From the NCBI RefSeq assembly GCF_021869535.1, contig NW_026262604.1, forward strand, positions 1,488,001 through 1,552,000: a stretch of DNA of 64,000 nt, written 5' to 3'. Source of the DNA: Mytilus californianus. Taxonomy: Eukaryota. Of the stretch, positions 1 through 14,082 are shown piece by piece; position 1 is the first letter of the stretch; every line of letters begins with the position of its first letter. The notes under the pieces are model-generated. The model ran no database searches and was not told the origin of the DNA. It saw nothing but the letters and a program-made list of their open reading frames with translations. A program made the translations under genes and the position numbers.

Positions 1-212
1 CAATATAATCTCATAATCATTAATTATTTTTTTAAACAAGATAATCAAATAACCCAAAATTAAGTCCCAGATTATCAAATAATCCTGAAATATTTCGTCT
101 GGTAATCAAATAATCACTATAAAAACGACCAAGTAATCACATTATCAAAAACCCCATGATGGAGGCTCTTTTATATAGAGCTAGACATATAGGATTTTTT
201 TTAAATACATAC

Positions 213-396
213 CGAGTCAATTCCTGCTATAAACAAAGACATAATAACGCTATTGATTTTATCATCCGTCATTCTTGTGTCATTAATTAGCGAGTATATG
301 AAGTTCGGTTCGTCCTGAAGATACTGATCGAGTTTACCTTCTCTTTGTAATTTTTCTAACATTTTTCTTTGGTCTGATATCTCTTGCCTACCTATC
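213..396 (-). CDS. Cytochrome P450 coding exon 5 (I-helix)
   Basis: ATTTTAG|G then IGRQEISDQRKMLEKLQREGKLDQYLQDEPNFIYSLINDTRMTDDKINSVIMSLFIAGIDS|GTATGT. AGxD(S/T) I-helix motif with a phase-0 intron. The K-helix and heme exons must lie left of the window. Confidence 0.93.
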
Positions 397-2919
397 CTAA
401 AATATAAGATGAATGTTAATAGTCTTTTGTTAAATTATATTTTATTCAATGCTAGACTTGGAAGATCTTTAAAAACAATGATTTACACTCTCATCATAAT
501 TTATATTCGATATCAAAAGGTATTATTTTCAATTTTTTGCGCATGCGCAAATGCGTATCTGTACTAAATACCGATCACTTGTAATAGAACCACCTCCCTC
601 TTTCACAACATGCACAAACCGGCAAAATAGTAAGAATATCACAAGGTGGCATGGGGAGGACCATTTGATTTTCGAGATGGGGGTGTGGGGAGAAGAATTT
701 TGAAAATGAATCTCCTGGCCTGGTTAAAATTGAGAAGTAATGTTGTCCAAGACTTGGTTAAAAGGAATATTCTGCAAAACAAAATACAGCATTTAATTGT
801 GTATAACAGCGTCAGAACCACAAAAAATAACATGCACAGGTAGAATATTACATCCGGAAAAATCCTCCTGGTCCCTCCAGATTTTTAAATGGTCGTCCAC
901 CAATAAAATTATAGCATAGTCGAAGAAAAAATAATACTTTGTCAAAAAGAAGAGATAAAATGATGCATGTAATAAACAGTCCACAAACAAACTACACAAA
1001 CCGGAAACAGAAAATCGAAGAAAGAATTAATACTTTAACAAAAAGAAAACCGATAAAAAGATAAACAACAGTCCGCATATACACTGTCCATTAACCCAAG
1101 ATTGAGTAACACCAAACACACCTAAAACAGTGAGTGAATTCAGTGGATTCTAAAGGTTATCCCTTAGTTCAACACTTTTTGAACATTTTTGTTTATTGTA
1201 ATTCATTTTGAATAATAATTTATTCATGAATACAATTGGTTGGGCATCAAACAGGTTAAGCCTATTAAGGTCTTTCTACGAGGCCAAAATACGTTCGAAT
1301 GATAATGTATTTAAAACTAGATATGTACACGAATGGCCCCGCTCGCAAAGAGAGAAGAACGAATATAACTAATATTTGATATTCTGGGGAGGGGGTAGGG
1401 GACAGGAGGATTTTTTGTGGATTTATTATTCATCTTATTCTATTATTTCAGCTCTCACCAGGCCATCATATTCATATTCAAAATCCTCATGTCCCCCACC
1501 CCCACCCCAAACAAAAATATCAAGGGGTCTTCCCTTTATTAAACACAGGTTTAAATTGATTGGTTGTTGGTTGCTTATTTTTAACATCCAGTGACAAATA
1601 TTTCATGCATGTTCATGAAAATTCGAGTTTAAAATATTCATATTCCTTACTTGGTACAGGCATTTCCTTATGTAGAAAATGGTGGGTTAAACCCGACAAC
1701 AGACACAAAGCACAGAAATAAGTGTAATTGCAGTTACTGCAAGTTTGTTCAAAACTAATTGCAACTAACACTGAAATAAATCTAATTCTCCCAGACTAAA
1801 ATATAAATCAGTACACAACTTGGCCAACGGGTTTAGTCTTAAACAGTCTGAGAAACGACATAATCATGTTTACCTTAGCTCCTATACATGCAAATACATT
1901 TTTTTTTAATTATACATGCATATACAATTAAGGTTTTCGAAAAGTGGTGGTTCGAAGGTATTGACCATCGAAATTTTGCAATAGAAATAATAGTTAGGAC
2001 CAACAGATTTTCTTCACGGAACACCAGGGAAAAAAGATTTTGAAAACTCACGAGCACAGCGATTGCGTCCAACCAATATTCTTTGCTTTTACACTTATTG
2101 TATTATTAGATCAATGCCAAAACTAGTACACTATAAGTCATGCCTACCAAATGAACTGACGTATCATATTTTTTTTAGTAAATTATTGTAAACTTCATTT
2201 ATTTCATCCAAAATAAAGAAAAAATCTGCTATGTTCGACGGCAAATTGAATTTTTGTTTCATTGCTTCTTCTACAGAACATCTCCAGAAGAGGTCCTGAT
2301 TCATTTTTTTGAACTCTTCACCATTTAATTTCAATATTTCTCAAACGATCACAATTTGCAGTTCGCTTGTCGTAGTTTCGTCAAATGAACGTATTTTCGT
2401 CATATTTGATATAACTTTTAATCAAAAACTTTCGACAATTTCGATTAAAATGATAGAACTTTATTCATAACATTCAGAAATGTTTTCACGAGTCAAACAG
2501 GTGCTTCCTTTACGATGAACTGCGCATGCGTGAAAGTATTCTTATGAATTTAAAGACACTAAAACGTAAAAAACGAAATAATTAAGTATCAAACTAAACG
2601 AGAGAGGCAAGTATAGTTCTTATTTAGCAAATTTAATTTAAAAAAGTGATAATTTCCTGCATTTTTTAAACACGAACCAATCCGTAGATGAATCCGGATT
2701 CATTCTAAATTTATTATCCACTTGTCACTTCCCGTTTTCATTTCATTTGGAAATCGAAAGTATATGTGATCTATTCATGACAAATTTACAATTTATAGTC
2801 ATTAGAATTGTTCCAATAAGGATTTGTACAAATCCTTGGTTCCAACTTTAAGTTAATATTAGTTGTTTTTTTTTTCTTTTTCTTGTAACGATCTTTTGAG
2901 TTAATCCAATTACGACTGA

Positions 2920-3296
2920 TTTTTACAGTTTGTTCTTATGTTGTACTGTTACATCACTGTTCCAGTTTAGGGAAGGGTTGAGCGCTCACAAACATATTTA
3001 ACTTGTCACATTCTTTATGTGCGACAGTCTGTCCCAAGTCAGGAACCTGTAATTCAGTGGTTGTTGTTCATGTTGTTGGTTCACGTCTGTCGACTCATGT
3101 TTGATTTTTTTGTAAATTGTTTTGTTATATATAATTAGGACTTAGTTTTTCGTTTGAATTGTTTCAAATTTTTCATGTCGGGGCCTTTGATAGCCGACTA
3201 TACGGTATGGGTATTTTTCACTGTTGAAGGCCGAACGGTCGCCTATAATTGCTGACACCCACTTCATTTGAACTCTGGTTGAATCATACCACATCT
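2920..3296 (+). repeat. Abundant interspersed repeat (CCCAAGTCAGG...CATACCACATCT family)
   Basis: The same core recurs at 5488-5836, as fragments near 11110, 20300 and 54060, in every unit of the 36.8-50.5 kb array, and inverted at 34.5 kb. Class not determined. Confidence 0.75.
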
Positions 3297-4569
3297 CTAA
3301 ACTCGTGTTTCCCTAGCGGGGGGATTTTGAATGTGAATACGGTGGCCTGGTAAGAGCTGAAAAATAGGCATGCTTAGCGACAGATTAAAATGAATAAAAA
3401 ATCCTCCTGCCCCTCCCCTCCACAGAATATCAAATAGTCGTCCCCTTACTGTTATATTTTCCGTGTAGTTCTTATATTTATCCAGCTTATAGTCCCAACA
3501 GGGATATCCTACTTAGACTGCCATACCATAAAATCGATTATCATACAGCTCCCATTCAATTATAACAGAAACTGACATTTTCTGGCTCACTACCGAAGAA
3601 CAAAAAACACGCCCTTGGTTCGTTAACAACCAGCAGAGCGGAACGAAACGTAAACTCGATCTGCAACTCGTCACAGTAGACTGGCATACTAATAATCAGC
3701 TCAATATGTGAAGGCGTTGAGAAAAAAAAGTCCGTATAAATGTTCTTTGCGGAATAACAGAATGACGGACAAGTGCAAAACTATATGGCCCCGACCACTA
3801 AGATGCGGGGCCATAAAAACTTATACCACCGTCGTTACTGAACGCTACGTTAATCTAAATTTTACTTCCCACGAGAAAAACGACGGGTGCCAATTTTGAA
3901 CAAAAACTACTTACATTTTCCGGAGCACTTGAGTTTACACGCGTTTTTTTTTTGTAAGATTCGTGTTGCTCATGCAGTATTTAATATTCTGTGTAACGGT
4001 ATGTACTTGTTGTTTGTCTTTACGTCGTTTGTTTCTTGCCATGGTGTTGTCACCTGTTTTTCTCTTGTTTAGAATTATTTTTGTTTATCAATATATCATA
4101 AAAAGGATAGAAGGAATAATCTAACATTTTGTACAGCACAGACGACCGGAGCATCTTAACCATTAACACCTGACTTTTCTGAAAAATAGACGTTTAAACA
4201 TAGGCGAACAACAACCAACAACACGTGTTCCATATCGCCCGTATAGGTCAAGGCGCAAATTGTGGTTCCTATCATCCATTTTTTGCATGTTTATAATTCC
4301 ACCTTAGCCAAAGATCATATGTCGTAAAAGAAAAAAAATCTAAACGTTTTAGGTCCGTCTTCAACCTGACCTGTCTTTGCTTTTGCTTTTGCTCCGGAAG
4401 TCACTTTCGCAACAAATAGATTTATTTTGATCCCACCTTTACATCCTTGTTAACCTCATACAAACGTGATATAAGAATGTTAACACAATACACAATCAGG
4501 GCATTGTTTATAAATTGGTGATGCATGCATATATTTCAAAATTACCCAAAATATACATAAAATATTTAC

Positions 4570-4759
4570 CTATGAATATCCAAATATGTCTTTTCGAATC
4601 TTTTATAAAGTTTGGTTCTGAATAGTTTGTATGTCTTGAAAGGCATGGTAAACGATGTCTGGAAATCAATGAAGAATTTTGTGATAAGAATTACAATTTC
4701 TGTATCTGAATTACTTTCCAAATACCCAAGTCTTCTGTTAAAACAAAGCATCGCCACAC
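4570..4759 (-). CDS. Cytochrome P450 coding exon 4 (E/F-G region)
   Basis: TTTTGCAG|GT completes Ser, then VAMLCFNRRLGYLES...TKLYKRFEKTYLDIH. Donor AG|GTAAAT. 190 nt, in phase. Confidence 0.9.
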
Positions 4760-5390
4760 CTGCAAAAAATAAAACAAGGGTATACTACTCATATATCGGT
4801 ATTGTAACCGTAAGGATGTTCGCTACTCTGATTCAAAATAACAAACTTTTTAAAAAGACTTTTATAAAATGAGAGAACTTATAGAACGGAACTAAAGAGG
4901 CAGAAAAATGCAAGGACCGTGTGCTTGTTTTTGAGATAAAAGCCATTGAAAATTTGGCGGGAAATGCATCTCTTTAGATTTTTCTTACATCTAACATTGA
5001 CACCTTTTTTATGTCAAAAACTATGAAAAAATATCAAGGATTTTATCAGATTTTCAAAAAATGGCTTTTAAAACTACATGTTATAAAGTGATGAAAAAAA
5101 AGTAGACGTTAGCGGCCAAAATTTTGAATGGCATCATATGGATTAAACCAGAGGACTCCGAATATCTGAAAAAAGTCAAAAACAAGAGAAGCGAACATCC
5201 TTAATATGAATACGTAACTTTGATAAAAAGAAATTAACTCTTCGTCCGCTACTCTATTGTCAAGGTTACGATTTAGAAACATTTCCAACGAAAAATCTTA
5301 CGAGAATTTTAAATGTTTTTAAATATATGTAACATAAAAAAGAAGATAGTTGTTTAAATTAAAAGATAGACGAAAGGTTGGGTGGATTGG

Positions 5391-5427
<37 letters not shown>

Positions 5428-5487
5428 ACAAATATTACAAACATAAATTAAAGCACATGTTAATACGAGAATAATATTAAATATGCT

Positions 5488-5836
5488 TTGTTACACCACT
5501 GTCCCAGGTTATGGGAGGGTTGAGCGCTCACAAACATGTTTAACTCCGTTACATTCTTTATGTGCCTGTCTCAAGTCAGTAGCTTAAAATTCAGTGGTTG
5601 TCGTTGGTTCATGTCTGTCATATTTATTTTTCGTCAATTATTTTGTAATAAACTAGGCTGTTAGTTTTTTTAAATTGAAATGTTTCATATTTTTCATGTC
5701 GGGGCCTTTTATTGCCGACTATACGGTATGCTTTTTTCTCATTGTCGAAGGCCGTACAGTTGTTTATAATTGCTTACACCCACTTCATATGAACTTTGTT
5801 GGATGGATGTCTCATTGGCAATCATACCACATCTCC
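5488..5836 (+). repeat. Second copy of the same interspersed repeat family
   Basis: Co-linear with 2940-3296 (ccactgtcccaggtt...gagcgctcacaaacatgtttaac...aatcataccacatct). Confidence 0.75.
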
Positions 5837-6723
5837 TTAGTTTTATTTTGTACTAGATCTATACGCTGCGACGAATTTTTAGTTTCTAGTTCAAAAGGTA
5901 ACAATACTCAGGGAGACGGATCGCTCAAACCGAACACATTAATGAGAATCGGAGATTGCCAGTCTCTGCTCTTGCTCCAAATATCCGCATGCTTAGCGAT
6001 AAGCAGCAAATACTCATTCTCAAGTCATTAGTTGGTCCCGGATGGGGATTGAATCAACTTCCACTTGACAAATATTCTGCAATTAGTACATTTCGAAAGC
6101 ATCGCGTTTGAAAATTAACACATATCAGAATAACGTGCGTGATCGCTTTATGGGAAATCCTTCCACAATACGCAGTGTTGAAATTTGAATTTCAGCAAAT
6201 AACCTATGATAAATTTAAAAACTATTTAGATATTAATAATTCTTAAAGAGGCAAAATCTTAGATAGTCTATGCTCCTTTTGTTGATATCATTCTGAGATC
6301 GAGCAAAAAGTATAATCTTGAGATGTTGCCCTTTACAGAAATAAAATAATTTTTACTGTATTTTCAAACACAGTTTCTTGTCCATGAAGGATCGAAGGAA
6401 CTAAGTCCGATGATTATAGGGGGTATGTATGGGATTTACAGAATAGAGAATAATCATAGGACAATACTACCAAAACATGGGTTAGAACAATAAAGAATCG
6501 AGAAAAATAGGCATGAAAATAAAGAAGAGACAAATTGGGTATTAAAATATAAAGAACAAAGAATAATTGGCAAGAATTATCAAGAAAATTAACCTTAAAT
6601 TCAAAGAACACACCAAATGCAGACCCTTTTTATACATAAGAGATTTTTGTTTAGACTGTTTATGGAGTTTTAGAATCAGAAAACAAATGTCACTTATAAA
6701 TGAAGATATGCATGCATACTAAC

Positions 6724-6902
6724 TTTCAGTTGTATAATTCAGCAGTTCTTTAAGCAGATCGTCTACACTTCCTTTCTTTCGCAACTTCTCAACAAAGTCA
6801 TTCGTAACTTTTTCGATCAACGGCACATAATTAGCAACAACTGCTGGTCGAAGCATCTTTTCTTGTGATGGTTTTCTGAGAGCAGCCCATTCATCGCCTT
6901 GT
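6724..6902 (-). CDS. Cytochrome P450 coding exon 3 (C-helix WxxxR)
   Basis: Missed by the ORF track. TTCAG|A CAA GGC GAT GAA TGG gives QGDEWAALRKPSQEKMLRPAVVANYVPLIEKVTNDFVEKL...YTTE. Donor GTTAGT. 179 nt, in phase. Confidence 0.93.
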
Positions 6903-7791
6903 CTGAATTAAAATGAGCACATTTATGAGAGTATGGATAGGGGTCCTTCATTTATGTATTCTTTGATAGTTTAGATCTTTTTTCTCAATTCTTTTTTTTT
7001 TACTCTTATTATATTCTATTCTTTATTTCTTACCTATTTTTTCTCTATTCCTTATAGTTTTGCCCTTTATTCTTCACTGTGTACCCTGTAAACCCCACTG
7101 GCCCCATCCAGACTCTATTTTATATATATGTCGCATTATAGCTGAATGTGAAATTGGAGTGCGTCTAATTATTTTGCCATAAAATGTTCAAATTATTTGG
7201 ACAGATAATTGTCCTTATTTTATGTTTTCAACAATATATCTATTTAAAAATATTCATTTACGGATACAATCCTCCCCCAACATTGTTTGCGAGGGTATAA
7301 AAAGAAAATGTTGGAAATTCTTGATTCAAATGTAGTTTTTGTGGACGCATGCACATTGACTGCGTAAAGTTATTCCAGCAGACGATAATAATTTCGAAAC
7401 TGCGTTTTCAACACTAATGCGCATCTATGAAACAAAAAGAGCGTAATATTATTTTGCATGTTATGCTTTTTTGTCGAATACTAAAAGAAATCTACGAGCT
7501 AGCATGATAAAAAATCATACATTATCGAGTAAAAATATTGATTTTAACAGAAGGTTCTCCTTTTGTTTTATTTAAGCATTTTTGGTTTTTGTATTTCATT
7601 TGACCTTCTAACTTGTTTGATTCGAGCGTCACCGATGAGTCTTTTGTAGACGAATCGCGCGTCTGACGGCCGTACAAAATTATAAGCCTGGTATCGTTGA
7701 TTCAGTGGTAGCCGACCGTGCGAGGGCTTTACAGCCAGTCAAGGTCGTTAAAAACCCCAATAAGTTGATTGGTGTTTTTTTTTCTACTTAC

Positions 7792-8017
7792 AGTGTTCCA
7801 AGATCTCTCGGTACACCACTTCTGTCATGGAAAGTCTCACTAAGGTCTAACCCAACCCGAAGGTGTTCCTTGAAAGGAAACTGGAAAACTGTTTTGGCAT
7901 AATCCGGATGGTATACATAAACTATGTAATCTTTCCCCATCCGTATTTTAACAATGTCGCCATACTTGTCACGTGCGTTGCTTAAGACATCAAGTAAATC
8001 ATCAGGAACGTATTTTG
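7792..8017 (-). CDS. Cytochrome P450 coding exon 2
   Basis: Acceptor TTTTGTAG (8019-8018). KYVPDDLL...DKYGDIVKIRMGKDYIVYVYHPDYAKTVFQ...LGT. Donor CT|GTAAGT. 226 nt, phases 1/2 match the neighbouring exons. Confidence 0.93.
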
Positions 8018-8119
8018 CTACAAAACAAACATTAAAAAGATACATGTGGTTACATTTCAACGTACTATAACAGAAAAATGTGCATTCATATTTTTAGTCC
8101 TCGGTGGCCGATTGATTGA

Positions 8120-8390
8120 CAGGGGTTGTTTGATTTATGTCCAGTGGCAAATATATCATGCATGTTCGGGACGTGAACCAATTAATAATACTACAATAGA
8201 TAGGTCCTGTAATAGGCATCGACCGTGATGACAGGCGGGAAATTTGAACCGACTCTAGAATATTTGGGCATATTGGATATGAACAGAAATTTAGCCTTGC
8301 AACAGACCCACTTTGACGATGATTTACTGTCGGTCGGACTGAAAAGGCCAGGGGTCGACCACATTTCTTTATCTCAACAGCCCTTGAGGT
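8120..8390 (-). mobile_element. Degenerate copy of the (CAAT)n-tailed SINE family
   Basis: ccagtggcaaatat...catgttc.ggacg...gaaatttagccttgcaacag...tttactgtcggtcgga matches the 53.4-59.8 kb copies, with internal deletions. Confidence 0.65.
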
Positions 8391-8444
8391 GACCAGAAAA
8401 ATATATTGTGCTGCAACGTTTGTTTTACGAAAATGTTAATGTGT

Positions 8445-10856
8445 TTAGTTTAATTAGTTTAAACATATTTTGTTGTACAAAACAAATGGATTAGACACAA
8501 GTTTTTCAACTTAGTTCTGTCTTCTCCATAATATACATGAGTATACATTATATTTATATTGCACATTACATAAATTTGTAATTTTCTAATAAGCATGAAG
8601 GCATGAAAAATAATTAAATAAATAACATTAATTGTTATTACAATATTTATAAACAAGAAAATAATAGAAACGGCTCAATGGATATCAAACGTTTTAATTT
8701 TGAATAATCAAACACACCCAAGGTGTATACCAAACGATCGGTCGAAAGGGAAAACACCTACTGATATGCGTGTGTTTTCAATGACATTCTATTTACATGT
8801 ATAATTTGTAAATATTAACGTGCAATATATATTATTGTGATACGGATATTAAATTCTGACGTTAAAAATACAGATAAAGAGTTGACAAGAACATAGATTT
8901 AATGTAAGTATCCTTTTTGTATTAACTTAATAATTGAAATCCATTGAGACGTAACACTATGTTAACCGTTTATGAACAGCAAATCGATCATTCGAACAAT
9001 GCAACGTCTGTACTGTAGTAAATAAAACAATAACAAGCAAGGTTGTTATCAAAGTGAGAAACGTTGTGTTTCTTTTATATATTTATGTACTGAAGAAAAT
9101 ATTACAAAATTGTGATTTGTATCCAAGTTATCATTACCAAACAATAACAAATCAATTGTAACAGGAATGTCTAAGTGGGTCAGTTCAATAAGCATAACAT
9201 TCCCTTGCGATGCAAAGTTATTGCAATATAATAAATAGTGTTCAACACTTTCACTAATGTAACCACATGCACAATATGAATCCTGTACTAAATTGGCCTT
9301 GTATAAATCCGCACTAAGTGCACTGCACTTATTGCGAAGCCTTACATGTAATATAGATAATAATTTATCTCCATAAAAATAGTACCTAGGAGGTTTTACA
9401 TTATGAAAATACAATTGTTGCAACTGTAACTTGAAAGGAGAGAAAGTAGGAATTTGACGAATATGCAAATCTAATTTATTCCACAATGTAATAGAAGATG
9501 GAAAATAAGACTGTTGATAAACTGATAGACGGTTCGATGGTATATTTATGTTATGTCTTTTTCGCAGGTTATAATTAGTAGTATCTGATACATACGGAGG
9601 AACCAATGCTTGTAAATAATCCGGTGTTTGGTTATTTACAATTTTATAAAACATGGTCAATTTTTTAACTTCCCTTCCTACACTTAATTTCTCCCATCCC
9701 GTCTCTATATAAATAGAGTTAATACTAGCATAACATGGTAAACCGGTAACTATACGTGCCGCTTCAATCTGAATCTTTTTTAACCGTTCGGAATTAATTT
9801 GCCCACAGTTGTCCCAAACTTCAGATGAATATTCCAAAATGAGACGAATAAAAATCATATAAATCTTTTCAAGATATTCCCTTTTTAGTTTAAATTTTTG
9901 TTTCCTCAGTACGTTTACTTGTTTTGACATCTTCTCTATCAGTTTATCAACATGTTTATTCCATTTACAGTCACCACTAAAAATAATACCTAAATGCTTA
10001 TGTGTATCTACAGGAGCTATTGAGACTCCACCAAAATCAAAAGTATGGACGTTCTGCATATTCCTAGTATTAAAAATCATGATATCTGTTTTATTAGGAT
10101 TAAATTTTAAATAAGCCTCCACTTTTCAGACCAATTTTGCAAATTATCTAGATCAATATTTATTAAAGTGTTTAGACGTGTAACATCAAGTGCAGTATGG
10201 CCAATAGATGTGTCATCAGCAAAAAGTCTACTGAACCCACTTAGATCATCTGCAATGTCATTTATATAAACCAAGAATAATAATGGACCAAGTACCGACC
10301 ACTGGGGCACACCAGCTCTTAAGCAGCCCATTGTGGACAGTAAATCTTTCATAACCACTCTTTGTGACCGTCCCGATAAGTAACTTTTCAACCAACATAA
10401 TAAATCCCCATTAATGCCCTATTTTTCGAGTTTATATAAAAGACCTTTGATCCAAACTGTATCAAAAGCTTTACTTATATCCACAAATGTTATACTAGTA
10501 ATTTGCTTGTCGTTTAATGCCTTTACAATATTATTAGACAACTCGATCAACTGGTGGGTAGTAGAATATCCGGGAGTGAATCCCGATTGAAACTTGTATA
10601 ATAGGTTATGTGAATGCAAATGATTAAAAATATTTTTGAAAACTATTTTTTCAAGAAGTTTGCTAACACAAGATAATAAAGAGACAGGTCTATAATTTGA
10701 GGGCAAAGATTTATCACCACTTTTAAATAATGAAATAACATGTGCAATTTTCCACTGGTTTGGGAATATTTTATCCCGTAATGACCTATTGAATAATAAA
10801 CATAATGGTTTTGAAATTTGATTTCTGACAGCAAGTTACATTCTGTTGCTTATAAT
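8445..10856 (-). mobile_element. 5'-truncated non-LTR retrotransposon (CR1/L2-group LINE) in a P450 intron
   Basis: RT motifs NYRPVSLLS, QSGF, DISKAFDTV, PQ(W)SVLGPLLF, FADDT and a C-terminal CACG...EHYLLYC. In-frame stop at 10419-10421 and a frameshift near 10110. (TAAAC)-like tail. 12-bp TSD ATGTTAATGTGT at 8433-8444 and 10857-10868. Confidence 0.92.
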
Positions 10857-11304
10857 ATGTTAATGTGTGTAAAATATCTTTTCATATTAGGTTTTGGTTC
10901 GTATCAATTTTGCCCAAAAAATGTCCTTAACATTTACATTTAGCCCTTCTACGGTGGTGGTCAATGACCACCCACGAGGGCATATTAGGTGAAAATATAT
11001 GTGTTGTAACATAAGCCAGATTTGCTGCAACAAATAATCAAGATTATTTTAAACTAATCATATATCAATAAAATTAACATGATTTGACCTGTAATGGTTT
11101 ACTTTTATAAATTTTGACTTGGATGGAGAGTTGTCTCATTGGCACTCATACCACATCTTCTTATATCTATTTATGAAATTAAAATTTACGAATGACATTT
11201 TTTTAAGTCACAGGAGCTATCAAATGACGCACTCTTGTTCTTTTTGCACATTTATATAACTTCAAAACAACAATTAGTTCCTTAAGAAGGTTAACATAAC
11301 TTAC

Positions 11305-11518
11305 TAAAAGGTTTAAAATGGAATGCTGTTCCTAAAAAAGGAATATTGTATAATCCTTTTGGTCCAGGAATTTGACTAAAAGGTTTTACTTCAGTTGAAC
11401 CTGGATCAGAAACTTCACCTACTTCGGCAGCTGATGTTGTCGATGCTCGATGTGACACTGTAGTTATACGCAAACGTAGGTCCCGGATCCCTCGGCTACA
11501 TAATCTCAATGACCACAT
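11305..11518 (-). CDS. Mitochondrial-clan cytochrome P450, first coding exon (targeting peptide + proline-rich motif)
   Basis: MWSLRLCSRGIRDLRLRITTVSHRAST... is Arg/Ser-rich (mitochondrial-type leader), followed by KPFSQIPGPKGLYNIPFLG. Donor A|GTAAGT at 11304, phase 1. Acceptor TTTTCAG 14 nt upstream of the ATG. Confidence 0.93.
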
Positions 11519-12773
11519 CTTAATGTCTTAATCTGAAAACGGTAGGGCTATTCAATATAAATAATCTTTATTGCAAAATTACACCCATATGGGTCAAGCA
11601 ATACAAACAAACAATGGAACAATTGAATACAATTCAATGCAATACAGCATAATAGAACATACTTTAAGAAAGAGGTCAATTTACAAATTTATGTCAAAAA
11701 CACAATCATAAACTTGTCTGACTTGGGTCTGACCCCCTCAGCTTTAAAAACGGCTTAATAAAGACTCCAATATGACAAACATATTCAGGGGTGAGGTTAG
11801 GAATGTAGTAATTAATGATCGCGATTGGGTCAGCTGTTTCTGTTTTACCCATGAGATCATACCAAGTCTGTAATGGGTTCTTCTTACAGACTCCAATCTT
11901 ATTTTACCAGGATTCAGTGTAACTTTTCAGCCGAAGTTGGTTCTCCCTGGCTTTCACCACAAATTGAAAATGAAGAAGAATATAGTAAATAGCGGAAAGT
12001 GGCGTTAAACACTAATAGGCAATCAATCTTACTATTAAGTCTTCTCGCCATATTTAGTTTTTTCTAAAAAAAATATTCTGATTCACAATTCGAAAGAAAA
12101 AAAATATTCTGGTCAAGCAGATGACAAAAAAAAATATTTCCTGAATCCAGATTTTCCCCATATCTTATATATATATATAGTGTTAAATTTTTGAAAGAAA
12201 TAATTTGGTTGATAGCGTCGAAAAACTAAATAAAAATTCTGACTCAGAAAAAAAACCATAACACCCCCCTGAAGTTAAATGGTTGTTCCCTTAAGACAGT
12301 TAATTTTCTTGTCACAATATTTTGGAATTTTTAATTAACTATATAAAACAAAAATATAGATTCTATATAAATGTATTTCACAATTAAACTGGTATGAAGT
12401 ATTATAACACCTATAAAAAGTGTACATAACATGTTTGGTGTTTATTCAATACAAATATAAACAATGTTTTATTGTACATGTTGTAATTTATGTATATTTA
12501 TATCGTATACACACAACTGCTGACGTCATATTTTGCTATTTCTACACGTTTATATAATATAGATAACTAGGTCGTACAATTTGTATATAATTAACCTGAA
12601 TTTTACAGATAAGTGAATGGAATGGTAAAGTTTACAGTGAATGAAACATTTGAGTTTAAAATATTATAAAAATTCTTTATCGGTTTAGTTTCATCCAATG
12701 AAAATCATTATCATTAATTTGCATAAATATTGATTAACTGACAGATAAAAGTTAGATTGTTAGTAAAACTTAC

Positions 12774-12850
12774 CTGGATGTTATGAATGTACTGACCTTA
12801 GCATGTTCCATATGTTGACCTGACTGATCGCCGGTAATTGACCGTTATGG
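12774..12850 (-). other. Candidate non-coding 5' UTR exon of the P450
   Basis: Strong donor CAG|GTAAGT at 12774/12773 would pair with the acceptor at 11534-11533 just upstream of the ATG. The 5' boundary is a guess. Confidence 0.4.
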
Positions 12851-13280
12851 TGTAGTTTATAAAATAGTAGCTTTTTTAAAAAACTTGCCGTCTAATAGCT
12901 GATTATATTGAAAATTGTTTTTACCATTGTAGTTTCATCCATTTAGAATGGTCCTTTTCACAAATTACGTAGTGTTGAATTTTATAAGTGTGAAACGAAA
13001 TAAAACCAAATGAAACATAATGGACAGAAGGGAAAGAAATGGAGCAATCAAAGATAATAATAAAAAAAAAAAACAACAATGCCACGGAATTGTTTAGTGG
13101 TGACCTTTAAAGGCAAATAAAAAATGAATGAAAGATATCGAAAAATATATTCGCTCCATAAATAAATTGTTGTGTATACCAACCCATAAGCATACCACGT
13201 CAACATCAATAAACAAAGTTTGCTTCATATATATGTGAAAGTTTAACGGTCTGGGCTATTATGCATACAACCACTTTAAT

Positions 13281-13285
13281 TATAT

Positions 13286-13332
<47 letters not shown>

Positions 13333-14082
13333 CGTCAGTCCGTCATTCCGTCAGTCCGTCAGTCCTGTTTCTTGTCATCGCAACTCCTCTCAGACCACAC
13401 AACAGAATTTCACGAAACCTTTTTTAATAATAAGGACATACTATGTAGTTGTGCATATCGACAGGAAATTACGATTCAATTCTTTTTCTAGGAGTTACGC
13501 CCCTTTGAATTTATTTACTTTAATGTACTACTGCAACAGTTTGTCATCGCAACTCCTCTCAAACCACACAACAGAATTTCATGAAACTTTTTCAGATATA
13601 TAATAAGGACATACTACGTAGATGTGCATATCGACAGGAAATTACGATTCAATTTTTTTTCCAGGAGTTACGCCCCTTTGAACTTATTTGCCCAATATAC
13701 TACTGCAACCTTTTGTCATCGCAACTCCTCTCAAACCACACAACAGAATTTCATGAAACCTTTTCAGATAATAAGGACATACTACGTAGATGTGCATATC
13801 GACAGGAAATTACGATTCAATTTTTTTTCCAGGAGTTACGCCCCTTTGAACTTATTTTCCCAATATACTACTGCAACCTTTTGTCATCGCAACTCCTCTC
13901 AAACCACACAACAGAATTTCATGAAACTGTGTAGATAATAAGGACATACTATGTAGATGTGCATATTGACAGGAAATTATGATTCGATTTTTTTTTCTGA
14001 TACAATTTTTTTTCTTGATTTTATTTTATTTCTCCAATGACAATGTGGGGACGTGGGGTATGTGAGCGCGCTCACTAAGGTT
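13281..14082 (+). mobile_element. Non-autonomous Helentron/DINE-like (HINE) element with internal ~170-bp tandem repeats
   Basis: 5' palindrome TATATCCC.CGCAACGAGTTGCG.AGGGTATA, then a (GTCC/GTCA)n microsatellite. About 3.6 repeats starting 13372, 13541, 13713, 13881. 3' hairpin GTGAGCGCGCTCAC. Flanked by CTTTAATTA on both sides. Confidence 0.75.

Noticed and set aside
11533-11543. 11-nt identity (CTGAAAACGGT) between the P450 acceptor and the end of the LTR repeat at 17881
   Set aside because: Mostly the acceptor consensus TTTTCAG; too short to imply common origin.
13261-13938. Overlapping repetitive ORFs of 76-117 aa
   Set aside because: Translations of the HINE internal tandem repeats.
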